Positions 62,494-64,000 of a DNA stretch of 64,000 nt are shown here, piece by piece. The DNA is from Raja brachyura. Its lineage: Eukaryota. The notes beneath the pieces are model-generated. The model saw only the letters and a list, made by a program, of their open reading frames with translations, was not told the DNA's origin and made no database searches. The stretch covers positions 2,046,001-2,110,000 of the forward strand of contig OY740807.1 of NCBI GenBank assembly GCA_963514005.1, in the 5' to 3' direction. Numbering within the stretch: position 1 is the stretch's first letter; each line of letters opens with the position of its first letter. The position numbers were made by a program, and so were the translations under genes.

Positions 62494-64000
62494 CATTAGC
62501 TATCCTCCAATCCACAGGAACTGATCCTGAATCTATTGAACATTGGAAAATGATCACCAATGCGTCCACTATTTCTAGAGCCACCTCCCTGAGCACCCTG
62601 GGATGCAGACCATCAAGCCCAGGGGATATATCATCCTTCAGTCCCATTAGCCAACACAATACTATTTCTCGCCTAATGAAAATGTCTTTCAGATCCTCCA
62701 CCCCCTTAGGTCTCCTGTCCTCCAGTACATATAACCATATAACCATATAACAATTACAGCACGGAAACAGGCTTTCTCGGCCCTTCCAGTCCGTGCCGAC
62801 CATTTGTTTTCCCCTAGTCCCATCTACCTGCACTCAGACCATACCCCTCCATTCCCTTCCCGTCCATATACCTCTCCACTTTACTTTTAAATGTTCAAAT
62901 CGATCCTGCCTCCACTACTTCTGCTGGAAGATCATTCCACACAGCCACCACTCTCTGAGTAAAGAAGTTCCCCCTCATGTTACCCCTAAACGTCTGTCCC
63001 TTAATTCTCATGTCATGCCCTCTTGTTTGAATCTTCCCTACCCTCAATGGGAAAAGCTTATCCACGTCAACTCTGTCTATCCCTTTCATCATTTTAAAGA
63101 CCTCAATCAAGTCCCCCCTTAACCTTCTGTGCTCCAAAGAATAAACATAGAAACATAGAAACATAGAAAATAGGTGCAGGAGTAGGCCATTCGGCCCTTC
63201 GAGCCTGCACCGCCATTCAATGTGATCATGGCTGATCATCCAACTCAGTATCCCGTACCTGCCTTAAAGACCTAACTTGTTCAACCTTTCTCTGGAACTT
63301 AGTTGCTGGAACCCAGGCAACATTCTCGTAAATCTCCTCTGAACTCTCTCTATTTTGTTGACATCCTTCCTATAATCAGGCGACCAAAATTGTACACCAT
63401 ACTCCAGAATTGGTCTCACCAATGCCTTGTACAATTTTAACATTACTTCCCTACTCCTATATTCAATGCTCTGATTTATAAAGGCCAGCACACCAAAAGC
63501 TTTCTTTACCACCCTATCTACATGCAATTCCACCTTCAGGGAACTATGCACAGTTATTCCTAGATCCCTCTGTTCCACAGCATTCCTCAATTCCCTACCA
63601 TTTACCATGTACGTCCTATTTTGATTTGTCCTGCCAAGATGTAGCACTTCACACTTTTCAGCTTTAAACTCCATCTGCCATCTTTCAGCCCTCTCTTCCA
63701 AATGGCCCAAATCTCTCTGTAGACTTTGAAAATCTACTTCATTATCCACAGCACCACCTATCTTAGTATCATCTGCATACTTACTTATCCAATTTTCCAC
63801 ACAATCATCTAGATCATTGATGTACATGACAAACAACAGTGGACCCAACACAGATCCCTGAGGTACCCCACTGGTCACCGGCTTCCAACCTGACAAACAG
63901 CCATCCACCATTACTCTCTGGCATCTCCCATTCAGCCACTGTTGAATCCATCTTGCTACTCCGCCATTAACACCCAAAGATTGAACCTTCTTAACCAACC
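62494..64000 (-). mobile_element. CR1 fragments: 62494-62730, and a GGTTATAT-tail CR1 at 62730-64000 carrying a short CR1-tail insertion at 63143-63264
   Basis: ORFs 63264..63998 and 62895..63239; tails (ataaccat)n and (catagaaa)n. Confidence 0.9.

Overview
This is eukaryotic, transposon-saturated DNA from a cartilaginous fish, most likely a skate or ray. That assignment is inferred from HE1-type V-SINEs, CR1/HER1 LINEs, Penelope repeats and the Ig gene type. The only host gene I can support is an intact three-exon immunoglobulin light-chain gene at 2302-4995 (+): leader, a V-J exon already joined with no RSS, and C. It encodes 245 aa and resembles the sigma-cart / type I isotype. The gene lies in a CpG-rich island, with a candidate CTCF site about 5 kb downstream. 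The rest of the window is nested mobile DNA: many CR1 LINEs (two with esterase-type ORF1), a full-length TSD-flanked L1, a Tx1 fragment, a Rex1/Babar derivative, Penelope-like elements whose terminal repeats carry minimal hammerhead-ribozyme cores, hAT/MITE-like DNA elements and two DIRS tyrosine-recombinase retrotransposons. The most notable observations are: (1) the germline-joined VJ gene with a non-canonical FSPG J motif; (2) a 2.55-kb DIRS mini-element that lost RT/RNaseH but keeps its ITRs, circle-junction ICR and an open recombinase ORF; (3) a positionally conserved splice donor in both DIRS leaders, plus an acceptor just upstream of the recombinase, suggesting a spliced subgenomic YR mRNA; (4) a likely repeat-mediated 1.75-kb inversion. 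All calls were made by eye. TE boundaries are approximate unless junction sequences are quoted.
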